Source of the DNA: Octopus bimaculoides | Taxonomy: Eukaryota | Assembly: GCF_001194135.2 (NCBI RefSeq) | Contig: NC_069002.1 | Coordinates: forward strand, 18,596,239 to 18,660,238 | Reading direction: 5' to 3' | Length of the DNA: 64,000 nucleotides | Program-made: the position numbers and the translations under genes | Notes under the pieces: model-generated | Database searches by the model: none | Seen by the model: the letters and a program-made list of their open reading frames with translations, nothing else | What the model was told of the DNA's origin: nothing | Part shown: positions 1 to 13,940 of the stretch, piece by piece | Layout of the letters: each line of letters begins with the position of its first letter | Numbering within the stretch: the stretch's first letter is position 1

Positions 1-7
1 CTATGAG

Positions 8-934
8 ATGATAGTTCAATACAACCCACAGAAGACTCTTAAAAACTTATCCTCTTTACTTCAATTACATGGAAAGGGTTTAACTAAACATGAAATTGAC
101 TATTTATCCAATTTTAAATACAGACCTAGTCTATTCTACGGATTACCTAAAATACACAAGAATCCACATATTTGTAAAGCTTGCAAAGTTTCTCCAAGCC
201 TCTGCATTAATGTTCCTCCTCCTACCGACCTCAAACTGAGACACATCATTGCTGGCCCTGCTTGTGAAACCCACCGTTTGAGCAACTTCCTCGACATCTT
301 ACTCAAACCGTTTCTAAAATATGTGAAAAGCTTCATCAGGGATGACTTAGACATACTTAACCACTCCCCGAAGGCAATAAATGAAGGAACTCTGTTAGTA
401 CCATTCGATGAGATGAACTTGTACACCGATATCCCACACAATTATGGTATAGAAGCGATCACCTTCTGGCTAGAAAAATACCCACAAGAGATCCCAGGAC
501 GTATTAACCACAGATTCATAATCGCAACTATCAAATTCATTCTACTGAACAACTATTTCGTGTTCGATACAGCTTACTATCGACAAAAATGTGGAATTGC
601 AATGGGAACCCGAGCTGCGCCAGTGATTGCGAAACTTATAATGGGTTACCTAGAGCTTAAAATATATCAATCATCACTACAAAAATATGGTACTTCTTTT
701 CATTGCTATTTAAAAGAGAACTGGAAGAGGTATCTGGACGATTGCTTTATACTTTGGAAAGACAGCATGGACAAACTCCTCGATTTCAAAATAATGCTCA
801 AGAATATTAATAGCAACATACAATTCACCATGGTATACAGCAGTAAAGAACTCCCTTTTCTTGACATCCTAATTAAAATAGTCAATAACCATATCGACTA
901 TTTTATCATCTATAAACCAATATCTATTATTTAA
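8..934 (+). pseudogene. PLE reverse transcriptase domain (disrupted)
   Basis: 308-aa ORF with PLE RT motifs listed above; stops prematurely, and the coding continues in another frame. Confidence 0.9.
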
Positions 935-1415
935 CTCATGCCTCCCCAAACACATAAAAATTAATATACCTTATAATCTAGCGAAAAGAATCTGTACCAT
1001 AGTTTCGGACTCCGATACTCGTGAACGAAGAGTCTTTGAACTTAGATCAATACTAATCAAAAGACATTACTCAATATCTTTAATAAATGATGGAATCAAA
1101 CAAGCTAAGGAAATAGACATACAAACATTAAGGGGAGTCAACCGAAATACTAAACAAGACTTAATAATACTCCCATACATCTCCACACATAACCCTAGAA
1201 ACAACGAAGCCTTTAACGTTATCATCCAAAATCTACCCATCTTCACAAGAGATAAAACAATGAACAAAATTTTAGACTCACACAAAATTATCAAAAGTAA
1301 AATGCAACCTAACTCACTGAAAAAAATATTAACCAGCGCAAGACTGTATCCATTAACAACAGAACCAAAAGTGAAAAGATGTGGTCGACCCAACTGTGGT
1401 ACTTGACCCCACCTT

Positions 1416-1778
1416 TTGAAGGGTTCGGAGTTCCACTTTAAACAAGGTAAAATATTTAAGATTAAATCAAATTTCACCTGTGCCTCGGAAAATCTAATCT
1501 ATGCCATTACATGCTTAGGGTGCAGTAATAACTATATTGGCCAAACAGGAAAATCACTCCGTAGAATAACCACTCTCCACAAAGAACAAATCCGCTACCC
1601 ACATTACAGACAGATACAGGTCAGTGGACACATAGAAAAATGTGCGAGGAATCTTAATCCTAATTTCCTAATTTTTCCCTTCTATCAATGTGCACAGAAC
1701 ACATCAACACAACAAAGAATGAATAAAGAGGCAATTTTCATTAATAAATATCTTCCTCGACTAAATATGAACACATAA
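1416..1778 (+). pseudogene. GIY-YIG endonuclease domain of the PLE
   Basis: NLIYAITCLGCSNNYIGQTG...LHKEQIR...SGHIEKC...KEAIFI pattern with Cys/His ligands typical of PLE EN. Confidence 0.9.
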
Positions 1779-1960
1779 CATAATATAGAATACTACTAAT
1801 CTTCCATTTAATATCACTAACCCCCATGCATCCCATACACCATTCACATTACAGATCCAGATCTACCCTAATTGCACCAAATCCAGAACTACTTACCTCC
1901 CTTAAATATAATCTTTTTTAATAATAGACTGAACACTGTTCAGAATTCGGTGTGCACTCA

Positions 1961-1997
1961 AAGCAATGACTAGTAATATTACGAAACCGGTATGCTT
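1961..1997 (+). ncRNA. Minimal type I hammerhead ribozyme motif, A3-U8 core variant
   Basis: AAGCA | ATGACTA | GTA-ATAT-TAC | GAAA | CCGG | TA | TGCTT: 5-bp helix I, helix II hairpin, palindromic ACCGGT helix III, UA cleavage site. Confidence 0.7.
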
Positions 1998-2844
1998 GTA
2001 AATCTCTTTAACAACTCACAATAATGACTTTTATTACCTTTATTTCTATCTCAGTTCATCTAATTGTATATATCTATCGTTACTTTTCATAAAAAACCTT
2101 AACCTTTTTTTATATTTCCAATGTGCATTTTCGCTTTTTTTCTGCTTACTTTCTCCGTATATATACATACATATATATATATATATATANNNNNNNNNNN
2201 NNNNNNNNNNNNNNNNNNNNNNNNNNNNNNNNNNNNNNNNNNNNNNNNNNNNNNNNNNNNNNNNNNNNNNNNNNNNNNNNNNNNNNNNNNNNNNNNNNNN
2301 NNNNNNNNNNNNNNNNNNNNNNNNNNNNNNNNNNNNNNNNNNNNNNNNNNNNNNNNNNNNNNNNNNNNNNNNNNNNNNNNNNNNNNNNNNNNNNNNNNNN
2401 NNNNNNNNNNNNNNNNNNNNNNNNNNNNNNNNNNNNNNNNNNNNNNNNNNNNNNNNNNNNNNNNNNNNNNNNNNNNNNNNNNNNNNNNNNNNNNNNNNNN
2501 NNNNNNNNNNNNNNNNNNNNNNNNNNNNNNNNNNNNNNNNNNNNNNNNNNNNNNNNNNNNNNNNNNNNNNNNNNNNNNNNNNNNNNNNNNNNNNNNNNNN
2601 NNNNNNNNNNNNNNNNNNNNNNNNNNNNNNNNNNNNNNNNNNNNNNNNNNNNNNNNNNNNNNNNNNNNNNNNNNNNNNNNNNNNNNNNNNNNNNNNNNNN
2701 NNNNNNNNNNNNNNNNNNNNNNNNNNNNNNNNNNNNNNNNNNNNNNNNNNNNNNNNNNNNNNNNNNNNNNNNNNNNNNNNNNNNNNNNNNNNNNNNNNNN
2801 NNNNNNNNNNNNNNNNNNNNNNNNNNNNNNNNNNNNNNNNNNNN

Positions 2845-3087
2845 TGGAACTTTTATCAACATCATCTAGGTATTTGTGCATATGTGTGTGTGTGCAGTAT
2901 TTGGTATTAGTGTATGCGCAGATTTGTATGTTTGTTTTATGGATTGTATGTATGTATGTATGTATGTATGTATGTATGTATGTATGTTATCAATCAGTTT
3001 CATTTCTGTATTTCTTGTCCATAGAGAAAGAGCCGGACTCTAACATAGATTCTGTGTGTTTGTGTGTTTGTGTGTTTGTGTGTGTGT

Positions 3088-3130
<43 letters not shown>

Positions 3131-3950
3131 TGTCTGCCTGTGTTTGTACGCCCACCATCGCTTAACAAAAGATGTTGGTGTGTTTACGTCCCCGTAACCT
3201 AGCGGTTCAGCAGAAGACCCCGATAGAATAAGTACTAGGCTTTTAAAAAAAAAGTCCTGGGGTCATTTTGTTCGACTAAAGGTGGCGTTCCGGTTGCATC
3301 GGTTGTCACATTTTATTGCTTTTCCTGCATCTCTATCCCTTTTGTGCTTTTGGGACTTGGTTGATATTTCCTGTTCCTGGATTGAAAATGCATGCCTTTC
3401 AGTGTGGTAAGTAGTAATCTGGCTATAGGTCCATGACTGATTTGGTGATCAATGTTACTATCATCTCGGTATGTGTATGTATGTTTGTATGTTATCAATC
3501 AGTTTCATTTCTGTATTTCTTGTCCATAGAGAAAGAGCCGGACTCTAACATAGATTCAAGGCTCCTTCATTGGAACTTTTATCAACATCATCTAGGTATT
3601 TGTGCATATGTGTGTGTGTGCAGTATTTGGTATTAGTGTATGCGCAGATTTGTATGTTTGTTTTATGGATTGTATGTATGTATGTATGTATGTATGTATG
3701 TATGTATGTATGTATGTTATCAATCAGTTTCATTTCTGTATTTCTTGTCCATAGAGAAAGAGCCGGACTCTAACNNNNNNNNNNNNNNNNNNNNNNNNNN
3801 NNNNNNNNNNNNNNNNNNNNNNNNNNNNNNNNNNNNNNNNNNNNNNNNNNNNNNNNNNNNNNNNNNNNNNNNNNGCATATGTATGTGTGTGCAGTATTTG
3901 GTATTAGTGTATGCGCAAATTTGTATGTTTGTTTTATAGATGCGTTTTTA
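2845..3950. repeat. ~226-bp unit containing (GTAT)n, repeated 2-3 times next to gaps
   Basis: 2845-3051 is essentially identical to 3570-3774; partial copies at ~3480-3558 and 3875-3950. Confidence 0.8.
3135..3295 (+). mobile_element. tRNA-derived SINE family B, 3' half
   Basis: ccatcgctt...gtgtttacgtccccgtaac.tagcggttc...gtcctgggg...cgactaaagg matches the full copies at 44844 and 49166. Confidence 0.85.
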
Positions 3951-4040
3951 TGTATATATTTTCATGTCTAGATGCATGCATATGTATGTATGTCTGTATG
4001 TATGTATGTATGTATGTATGTATCTATCTATCTATCTATA

Positions 4041-4078
<38 letters not shown>

Positions 4079-4123
4079 ACTATCTATCTATCTTACACAT
4101 ACATGTTTGTATGTGTGTTTTAA

Positions 4124-5345
4124 AGCATAATTCTTACTAGGATTCTTCTTACTGGCTTCAATAATTACCTTATGAATGACGTCCTACTTGAATCTCTATG
4201 TGGCTTCCATTCTGGTAGAGGTGGAACAATGGATTTGATTTGTACAGCAACAGAGTAGAAAGAGAAGTGCTATGGGAAGGCAATTATATCTTGTCCGGAT
4301 TTTCCTTGATTTAACAAAAGTCTTCGATACTATAAATAGGGCATCCCAGAAAATGCTCGACAAACAAAATTGTCTAGGTTACTTTGTATTGAGAATGGTG
4401 TCGAGCAAGGTGACATCCTTGCCTCGACTCTCTTTTTCCTTGTATTAGGAAATTCTTACTCATGCATTTAATGTGGACTGCTCTTCTGAGATATATGAAA
4501 GGTACTGATCCTCCAGCCGTCTTCTCAACTTGCATCGATTTCCCAATATGAAAGTTTTTCAATCTTTCAAATGTGACCTCCTTTTTGCGGAGGATTGATT
4601 TAGTTGCTCATATAATTGAAGACATGCAACTTTTGGGTGGATCATATTTCTGCACGTTGCTAGGCATTTGGTCTCATCATTAGCCTGTGAAATTCTGTTC
4701 TAGTGCTCCAGCCTGCGCCAGGAAACCCATATGTGAAACCGTCTCCCTTAAGGAAAAGGAACAGTACTGAAAGTGATACACAAATTTGTCTACAAAGGCA
4801 GCATACTCAGCTGTCTTTGCTACTTGGATGATAAAATATCTTGAAAACTGATTTCTTCGGGGCTCTTGATGGTCTGGTCTCAACACGGCACCACAAGACG
4901 AACAAAAATTGCTACATATCGTGCTTGTGTGATGACATTGCTCCTTTACTCATATGAGTCAACACGCATTACAAGTATCATGCACCGGTCATTAAACGCT
5001 TCCATCAGAGATGTCTGAGACACATTCTGAATGTGATCTGGTTCTTGTGGACTCCAGACATTGCCGTTTTGAGGAGAGATAATGTTCTGATTATTGAGGC
5101 GATGGTGCACAAGCCCCGTTTACATCGGATTGCATACCATTTTGTATGAATAATCGGAGGATCGCTAAGAAGATGCTACATGGTGAACGTATTTGTGGAA
5201 AGTATCCCCAACAGAAAGAAGTCTACGATTTAAGAATTGCGTAGTCCTCGTTGAAAGCTGGTGAAAGATGAGATGTCAAATGACAAAAGCAATGTATCAT
5301 CGCAACCAATGAAAAGGTGAAAAGCAAAACAAGTAATAGAAGAGT
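4124..5345 (+). mobile_element. RTE-clade LINE, decayed RT and C-terminal region
   Basis: Manual translation through frameshifts: LESLCGFHSGRG..DLI, FLDLTKVFDTINR, ENGVEQGDILASTLF, LLFAED, YRACVMTLLLYSYES, KRFHQRCLRHIL. Confidence 0.85.
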
Positions 5346-6399
5346 TGGATATTTTCAAAACCTACGCATTTTTCGTGCACAATTTGAGTGAATTGCTTGG
5401 AAAGGCACCACCTGTGTTGGAAATGAAAGAAGCTTGGCCTGCAATAGCTGCGAAAGTATGTTTATCAAAGGCTGAGATTATTAGTTACCAGCAAAGCCAC
5501 AATAGTAAATTATACATTTTTCTGAGTGCCCAATGTTCGTAAAGGCCTGCGATGATCTCCCTCGGTCACAAGTATGAATGTATGTATGTATGTATGTATG
5601 TATGTATGTATGTATGTATGTTCTGTTCTGTTTTTAATTATCAAATTCGTCCTCTGAGGAAAGAGAGGGTTTCTAACAGATAAAAATCTCCATCGTTGGA
5701 TTGTAGATAACAAAAACAGTTTTAAAGTTGAGAAAAGTCTTGCATATTCTATTGTTCCAGCAACAGATTATATTCGTAATGCGCAGGTCAGTTAGTTGAT
5801 TTCTTTTTCCTGAAAGCCCTAACTTGTCCGGATTGTCACTTAGGCATTTACTCTCAAAACCGAGAACACCGGTTATTATTGATATAAATGGGAATTTATA
5901 ACCTGAATATAGAAGCTGCAGTTTTCGAATGTATGTATGTATGTGTATGTATGTATGTATGTATGTATGTATGTATGTATGTATGTATGTATGTATGTAT
6001 GTATGTATGTAGGTAGGTGGGTATGTATTTATGTATANNNNNNNNNNNNNNNNNNNNNNNNNNNNNNNNNNNNNNNNNNNNNNNNNNNNNNNNNNNNNNN
6101 NNNNNNNNNNNNNNNNNNNNNNNNNNNNNNNNNNNNNNNNNNNNNNNNNNNNNNNNNNNNNNNNNNNNNNNNNNNNNNNNNNNNNNNNNNNNNNNNNNNN
6201 NNNNNNNNNNNNNNNNNNNNNNNNNNNNNNNNNNNNNNNNNNNNNNNNNNNNNNNNNNNNNNNNNNNNNNNNNNNNNNNNNNNNNNNNNNNNNNNNNNNN
6301 NNNNNNNNNNNNNNNNNNNNNNNNNNNNNNNNNNNNNNNNNNNNNNNNNNNNNNNNNNNNNNNNNNNNNNNNNNNNNNNNNNNNNNNNNNNNNNNNNNN

Positions 6400-6483
<84 letters not shown>

Positions 6484-7295
6484 GAGGAAATGTATTTATG
6501 CCAGTGTAAAGAGCGATAAGAACTATGTTTATACCATATATACCATCATATATAACATCTTAACTAGGTTTATATAATAAACTGCAACTGAAAGGCGTAG
6601 AAAAATGCTGTCAATGAAATATTAGAAGGACATCCAACCAAGAGAGATAAAAGAATCGCCTAAGACAAATTTGCGATACGCAAATTTCAAAATTCGCACC
6701 GGTTCCACTAAAGATGTCAAAGTATGTAAAAGACGCGACCGATTTTCAGATAATATTCATGAATTAATGATGTTTACTCTTCTCACAAATTACTTCTGAG
6801 AGGCTTATATAAAATTTGTCTTTGCGGCATGACCGGAATTAATTTAATTTACTGATCCATTAAACGTCTAAAAAGATGGCGAATATTTCGTTAGTCTACG
6901 AAGTGAAGAAACTGCAAGAAAAAAAAAAACCCAGAAAAATGTCGAAAAATTGTGGGAAGTTGTAGATTGTTGAACTGAGAATAAACAAATGTTACGTAAG
7001 TTAAATACAAATACTTGTCAACGTGGTCACCCCACGCGCTCGAAAAAGTAGTCGAAGTTTCCTCAGATTTACTCCCTACGATTTTAACAAATTGGTTGGA
7101 TGCATAAGTACGTACAAACATATTGCTTTTTGTAAAGAAGTTCGTTTACAGATTGATTTTGCTGTTTAGTTCTTTAAGCAAATGTATTCTTCTGTAGTCT
7201 CAGGTTCAAATGTGTTTTGGTATCCTTGTGTATGTGTCTGTATATGTGTATATGTATCCATGTGTATGTGTCCGTGTGCCTGTCACTGTGCATGT

Positions 7296-7339
<44 letters not shown>

Positions 7340-7620
7340 TTATCTGTTTACATCCTTTCAGATAATTAGAAATCGATAGTTTGAAATACCAGGCTCGAAA
7401 ATAAATGTTGACTATACCATTAAATGGTGACGTCACTGTTCAATGAGAGAATAATAAAAGAGAAAATGAGAAAAAAGTAATTCCGTATAAAGGATAAACG
7501 ATAGGGAGGTCATGTTTGGGTCGTCTTTCATCTCAGACCTGCTGGATTAGAATTAATTTTGAGCTAAACAATAGAAATAACAACAGCAACAACAAAGAAG
7601 AAGAGAAAAGAGGTGGGGAG

Positions 7621-7770
7621 AGAGAAGAAGAAAAAGAAGAAGAAGAAGAAGAAGAAGAAGAAGAAGAAGAAGAAGAAGAAGAAGACGAAGAAGAAAAAGA
7701 AGAAGAAGAAGAAGAAGAAGAAGAAGAAGAAGAAGAAGAAGAAGAAGAAAGAGGGAGAGAGAGAGAGAGT
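7621..7770. repeat. (GAA)n / (GA)n polypurine tract
   Basis: Direct reading; explains the poly-E/K/S ORFs. Confidence 0.95.
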
Positions 7771-9273
7771 AGGCGCTTTGAATTTATTTTGCCAGCTGAT
7801 CTAAATAATGGACTTCGATTCCTATCATATAGATCCAAATCGAATCCATTTCTTAAAATTCAATAAGTAAATTGTAAAATTGTTGTAGAATGTTCAGAAC
7901 GAAACATGATGAAAATAGAAAGTTGAGTGGAATAGAATGCATTTGAGAAGAATTTTTATTATCAAATCTATCTTAAGGAAATTTCCTTTTCCACTACCAC
8001 CATCACGGCTCCACTCAGATGAGTTTGTGTGTTTGTGATTGTATGTGTATGTGTGCGTGTGTGTGTGTGGTTGTATGTGTTTGTGTGTGTTAGTAGCGCG
8101 TGTGTGTTAGTAGTGTGTGTGTGTTAGTAGCGTGTGTGTGTGCGTGTTTGTGCGTGTGTGTGCATGCGTGTATGTGTGTGCATATATATATATATNNNNN
8201 NNNNNNNNNNNNNNNNNNNNNNNNNNNNNNNNNNNNNNNNNNNNNNNNNNNNNNNNNNNNNNNNNNNNNNNNNNNNNNNNNNNNNNNNNNNNNNNNNNNN
8301 NNNNNNNNNNNNNNNNNNNNNNNNNNNNNNNNNNNNNNNNNNNNNNNNNNNNNNNNNNNNNNNNNNNNNNNNNNNNNNNNNNNNNNNNNNNNNNNNNNNN
8401 NNNNNNNNNNNNNNNNNNNNNNNNNNNNNNNNNNNNNNNNNNNNNNNNNNNNNNNNNNNNNNNNNNNNNNNNNNNNNNNNNNNNNNNNNNNNNNNNNNNN
8501 NNNNNNNNNNNNNNNNNNNNNNNNNNNNNNNNNNNNNNNNNNNNNNNNNNNNNNNNNNNNNNNNNNNNNNNNNNNNNNNNNNNNNNNNNNNNNNNNNNNN
8601 NNNNNNNNNNNNNNNNNNNNNNNNNNNNNNNNNNNNNNNNNNNNNNNNNNNNNNNNNNNNNNNNNNNNNNNNNNNNNNNNNNNNNNNNNNNNNNNNNNNN
8701 NNNNNNNNNNNNNNNNNNNNNNNNNNNNNNNNNNNNNNNNNNNNNNNNNNNNNNNNNNNNNNNNNNNNNNNNNNNNNNNNNNNNNNNNNNNNNNNNNNNN
8801 NNNNNNNNNNNNNNNNNNNNNNNNNNNNNNTATATATATGGGTATTAATATATGCATGCATACATATACATTTATATATGCACTCACATACATATATATA
8901 CATAGATTCATAGATGCATAAATACGTGAATTAATGTAAATATATTTACGTGGACGTGTCTCTGTTGAACTAGGAAAGAAATGGAAATGAGGTGTAAAAA
9001 TAAAATTATTTAGATACAAGTTGAACCTATTTACAAGTCATTAGTGCTTCCCTAGCGAGGGTGTCTCTAGATGATCGTTTGACAGCCTAAAAGTAGTCGC
9101 TATGTTTTTCTCAAATCCCACATCTATATTTTAAGAAGGAAGGACATGTCGGATAATTTAGTCCTAAATATGTTGTTTTTATTCATTTAATATATTATAT
9201 ATCATGCATTTTGTGAACAGTCGATTCGTTGCTAAAAGGTTTCCATCGAATCGTTGTTGGTTCACTTTAATTC

Positions 9274-9585
9274 CTATATCCTCTTGATATTTATAAGTCT
9301 GCATCTAAACAGATACTCAATGACAGTTGATTCTAAATTCTGAAAATCGACTACAAAACGCTTCAGTAAAGTGTACGGTTCTAAACATCGGATTGTCACC
9401 AAACAGTGCTGACAAACAGACAACAAAGTACTTGTAAAACTTGGTTCTTCATCCTGTAGTGATAGCGCCGCTCTAACTTGTGACTGGTTTTGGTTTATGG
9501 CTGAAAAGAATTGTCCACCAAAGGACGAGATAATACCAGCTGGAAGGTCTTTGGTTGAATTAGGACTAGCAGGCCTTAATATCAA
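9274..9585 (-). other. Non-repetitive 103-codon open frame; possible exon or unrecognised TE fragment
   Basis: Complex sequence ILRPASPNSTKDLPAGIISSFGGQFF...LEPYTLLKRFVVDFQNLESTVIEYL; AG immediately before the first codon; no family recognised. Confidence 0.2.
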
Positions 9586-12500
9586 CTATATGACATGATA
9601 CTCACTAGTACTGTGGAAAAAATATTTTCAGCGGAGAATTTTATCTGTCTTAAATAGTTTCTTCTCTTATCTAACATTTACCTTGTTATAATTTCCTTAT
9701 ATCTATGTGTGTGTGCGCGCGCACGTGTGTGAGTATGTATGTATGTATATTTTTAGTTGGGACAATGTCAAATCTGCGACCATTAAGGAAACTGTTTTCA
9801 GTTCACTCTTGTATAATTGCGTGTCCACGAGCAGGAGATATTCGAAATTTTTCCTCTGTTTCTGCTGGAGTAACAGACTTATACTAAATGCAAGGTTATC
9901 CAAACGTTTTGTAGGTCCGGATTAGACAATTTATTGGAGGGGATTTTGTCAACTGCAAACGAAGATAAAGACACCAGATGATCTGATACCAGAATGAATT
10001 GAAACACAATTTTTTCCCCTTTAATATTAAAGAAAAGAAGTGAGAGAAGAAAATCTTTGAGACCACCAGCTTGACATGGGAGTTGCACATCTGCTGGGAT
10101 TTCTGTTTTGAAATATAACAATGTCGTGTTTGAACTCAGAACGGGGCAGGCCGTAATATCGATTTTCTAGGTCGCCAGAGGAACAGACATTCAATGGCAG
10201 GGTTATAATCGATTGAAACGACCTCAATATATAAAATGAAAGATAACGTTGAATAAAAAGACAGTTCAATTAAGAATGTAAAAATGATCACCACCACAGC
10301 TAGAGATAACTGTTAGGTTTTATCTAGTAACGTTCTTGTTGATATTTTGGTGAGGATATTTTGACGACCATATGGGTATCTGTCACATTCCGATCAATGT
10401 TAACTTTGACATCTCCGGTGCAGTTAGTAACTCAATGTACACATATTAAGAATAAGACGGGAAAGAAGAGAGAGGGAGAAAGAGAGAGGGAGAAAGAGAG
10501 TGGGGGGGCAGAGATTAGTATGTGGATGTATTGTGACATTGCACCACATGCAACCACAAGTCAAACGTGCCAATGCTGTGGCGTCGCAAGCGGTCCTAAA
10601 TAATGCTAAATCACTGTTTCCTTTTCAGCCTAACTAGTCCATACAGACGCCATGTCTCTTTCTCGCCATCCCCATCACGGCTGCTGTACTCTGTTAACAT
10701 TCTGTGACATCAAGTCAGTTAACATGTTGGACTAAACGTGTTTAACTTTATAGACTGTCCGACGCAACTTAGTGTTCCTACACCTCACAAAAAATCGATG
10801 TATTGACTGTAGAAACAAATATACCGAGATTTCATCCACAGAGAACAAAACATTTCTGCTAAGAGAATACAAATATTTACCCACGCGGATGATGACAATA
10901 GACATATTAACAGAGGACATTAATGGACGAAGTTGCGGAATGAAATACTAAAAACTGAAAGTTCTCTCTTGTAATGTTGGGAAAAAGATAAGTGATAATA
11001 CTAATAATATCAGTGATAGTATATTTATCTACTAGTATATATCTATAGGAATATTAATATTCTCGATGAGAGTAACATTCATAAAAATAAGGAGTTGATG
11101 ATAAATGCCAACAGACAGTTTATTATTAGTTAGAACAAAGTAAAATAGCTTTTAGTAGTAGTAGTTGCAGCAGCAGCAGCAGCAGCAGTAGTGGTAGTAG
11201 TAGTAATATCGAGAGATTATTTTAGGAAAACCGTTTTTCAGTTGCGACACAAGGGAAAGGAATGGCTTAAACAACGTACAAATGGGAATTCGACATCACT
11301 CCATATCAATTCTCACTGATAAAAACAAGACTTCTTTTAACTATGTTTGTATTCACTCAGCATTAGAAATTTGAGGCTAAATAAAGAATATATTCTTACA
11401 CTAGATAGTAGTTATTTCCAGAGAATAAAAGACTGGTCGGCTAAATTAAACATTTTAATCACTTAACGTAGTGAAGTAAGATAAACCAGATGCTAGTTGA
11501 TAATGTTTCGAGTAAAATATATGTTCTGTATGATAAGTAAAAGCAATGTAAACAAATAGCAAATCGTACGGCAAACACAGGAATATCCACCCTAAATGAT
11601 GAATTAAAATAGTATTAGAGAAAGGCTTTCTTTGAAAACCAGGCCTTTGGAAATTATCTTTGAAAATTCTATAGAACGACATACGTAAATAGAATAAAAG
11701 TAAATAAGAAGCAAACGAAAGAAAAATTACATTTAGTTACAAAATTGTTGCTTTTAAAATGTTTCCATGTAGAACAAAACTAATTGTAGATTAAAAGATT
11801 AAAAGGTTAAAAGATTATGTGACAACAGTAGAAATTGAGAAGTCGTTTTCTTTCCAAGCAATACTATTATTGTAAATTATTCCTAAAATTGGCAGGAAAC
11901 AAAATGTTTGGCGGTTGTTATTTGATATACTTCACATCCAGATAATGTAAGCGTTTGGATCAGATGTTTCTATATAATTGTCATGGTGCGAACACAGTGA
12001 TCCCAAGGAAAGACTAATACAAGAACCAACTAATTATCACTGCAACATTTAACGACCGAGTATTTAGAAACTGCTCTTTAAACTGTTCTCCAACAGAGAA
12101 TGTTTTAATATAAATGCATGTGTAAAGCTAAGTGTGCACAACCAAGTTGTATGGAACAAAACATGCAACACCTTGGATGGTACAGAATGGTATGAAAGCA
12201 TAGAAAGACAACTTCTTTAATTCGATCTATGGCTAACTCATCAAAATGATCTCTTCTTGCCTATATTATATACCAACTAGTTCAATTTCCATTGTTGTAC
12301 CAGTTATTATGTAAGAACATCAGCTATTTACTGGGTATACAGTTCTTAAACATACCTTTTCTCTAAACAATGCTTCATAAATGCATTTTATAAACAATAT
12401 AGTGTCTTCCACATGTTGCATATCTCGATGTAAAAACATACTAAATTATAAAACATATTCGTTATGAATAAAACATATATCATCATGGAGAAATCATTTT

Positions 12501-13785
12501 TAAACCTCAAAAAAAAAAAAAAATTTCTTGACATTCATTTTAATTCGTTAAAACTCTGTTAATTGGTGTCGTTTCTGATCTCTCCCGTAATTACTTTCCG
12601 TTTACTCTTGTTAAGTGGCTAATACACATCTCTCAAGACAAAGTCCTGCGTTTTAACGCACAGTCTCAGATTAAACCACTTCCGCTGCGAAATAAAATAT
12701 ACTCCTTGAGGTTTGTTTGTTGGAAAACTGATTTGGGTTTTAGCTTTCATGGACTAAACCTGTGCATACACATATATACATACGCGTGCGTGTGTGTGTG
12801 TGTGTGTGCACATATCATTGTTCTTAATTTCGGTGCGTTTTAATGCCTTGTGCCATGTTTATTTTATTGCAGAAATGAGATCTCTGAAAAATAGGTTAGA
12901 TGATTAAAACTGAGTTGAGTAATTAAGATATTTGCATGTCATTATTTCAGCATCTCTATTTGTTGTTTCGCTATTAAAAATAGATGGAAAGGAAAGAATA
13001 GAAAAAAGAAAAGACAAGAATAAAGAAAGAAAATGCGTAAGAGTGGCGTTCTGATTATGGAAACACTAAATTTTTATGGATTAATATGGATTTGTTTAGA
13101 CTAAAATCATGTAATTATCGTTGGGAGCCTCTAATTACAGCAGTTTATTCTTAGTACTGGACTTTTGAATCGATTTGAGAAATTAGAAGGTTGCTATCTT
13201 GCTTAAAATCTCTTTAATTCGAATCTGGTGTCAATGATGGCAAGAAATTTCCCTCACTGAAATACAAGCGTGTGTTTCTAACAAAAGTAACACCTGATTT
13301 TAACTCTGTATGGAGTTGATGATGGAACGGTTAGAGGAAGTTGATACAAACTAAAATATAACTATCAGTGGAACACTCATAAGAAACAGAAAAACTCGAA
13401 ATCATTTGTATAAGAAAATAATACAAAAGTAGGCAAAATAAAGAAATATATTCCTGTATAGAGATTTTGAGAGAACTCACAGCTGGAGAGAGTAAATAAG
13501 ATTTGAATTACAACTGAACTTTCAAAACCAACAAATGTCAGTATTTTTGAATGTACATTGTTATTAGTGTAATTTTTTAACCAAAAATACTTTTGGCACA
13601 ATATTTAGAAGTTCTTTTTTATTGAACTGATGTTTCAGTATCTATTTTTGAATTCCGCACGTGCGACAAAGAGATATCGCGAAGTTACAACACATCGACG
13701 ACACCTTTGTCTGTTTCAAGCATTGCCAGTTTAAAAACAAGCATATTGCGACTAATGTACAGAAACACACACTTGCATATATGTG

Positions 13786-13816
<31 letters not shown>

Positions 13817-13940
13817 GTATGTATGCATGTATGTATGTATGTATGTATGTATGTATGTATGTATGTATTTGTCTGTCTGTCTGTCTGTCTGTCTATGTAT
13901 GCGTATGTATATAAACATATACGTAAACATACATATATAT

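Larger units (their letters stand above)
1..2150 (+). mobile_element. Penelope-like retroelement (Neptune-type), runs off the left window edge, frameshifted; RT + GIY-YIG + 3' pLTR region
   Basis: RT motifs FYGLPKIHK, FDEMNLYTDIPH, GIAMGTRAAP, YLDD, ELPFLDILI; out-of-frame PKHIKINIPYNLAKRICTIV thumb segment after 934; C-terminal GIY-YIG; hammerhead-like motif ~180 nt after the stop; ends at (TA)n. Confidence 0.92.

Noticed and set aside
136-1477. Antisense ORFs over the PLE (136-441, 1067-1477) and similar antisense ORFs over other TEs
   Set aside because: Shadow frames of the sense-strand coding sequence.
10120-10225. VVSIDYNPAIECLFLW resemblance to an olfactomedin or YWTD motif
   Set aside because: Only a few residues match, the frame stops soon after, and it overlaps a SINE B-box-like segment.
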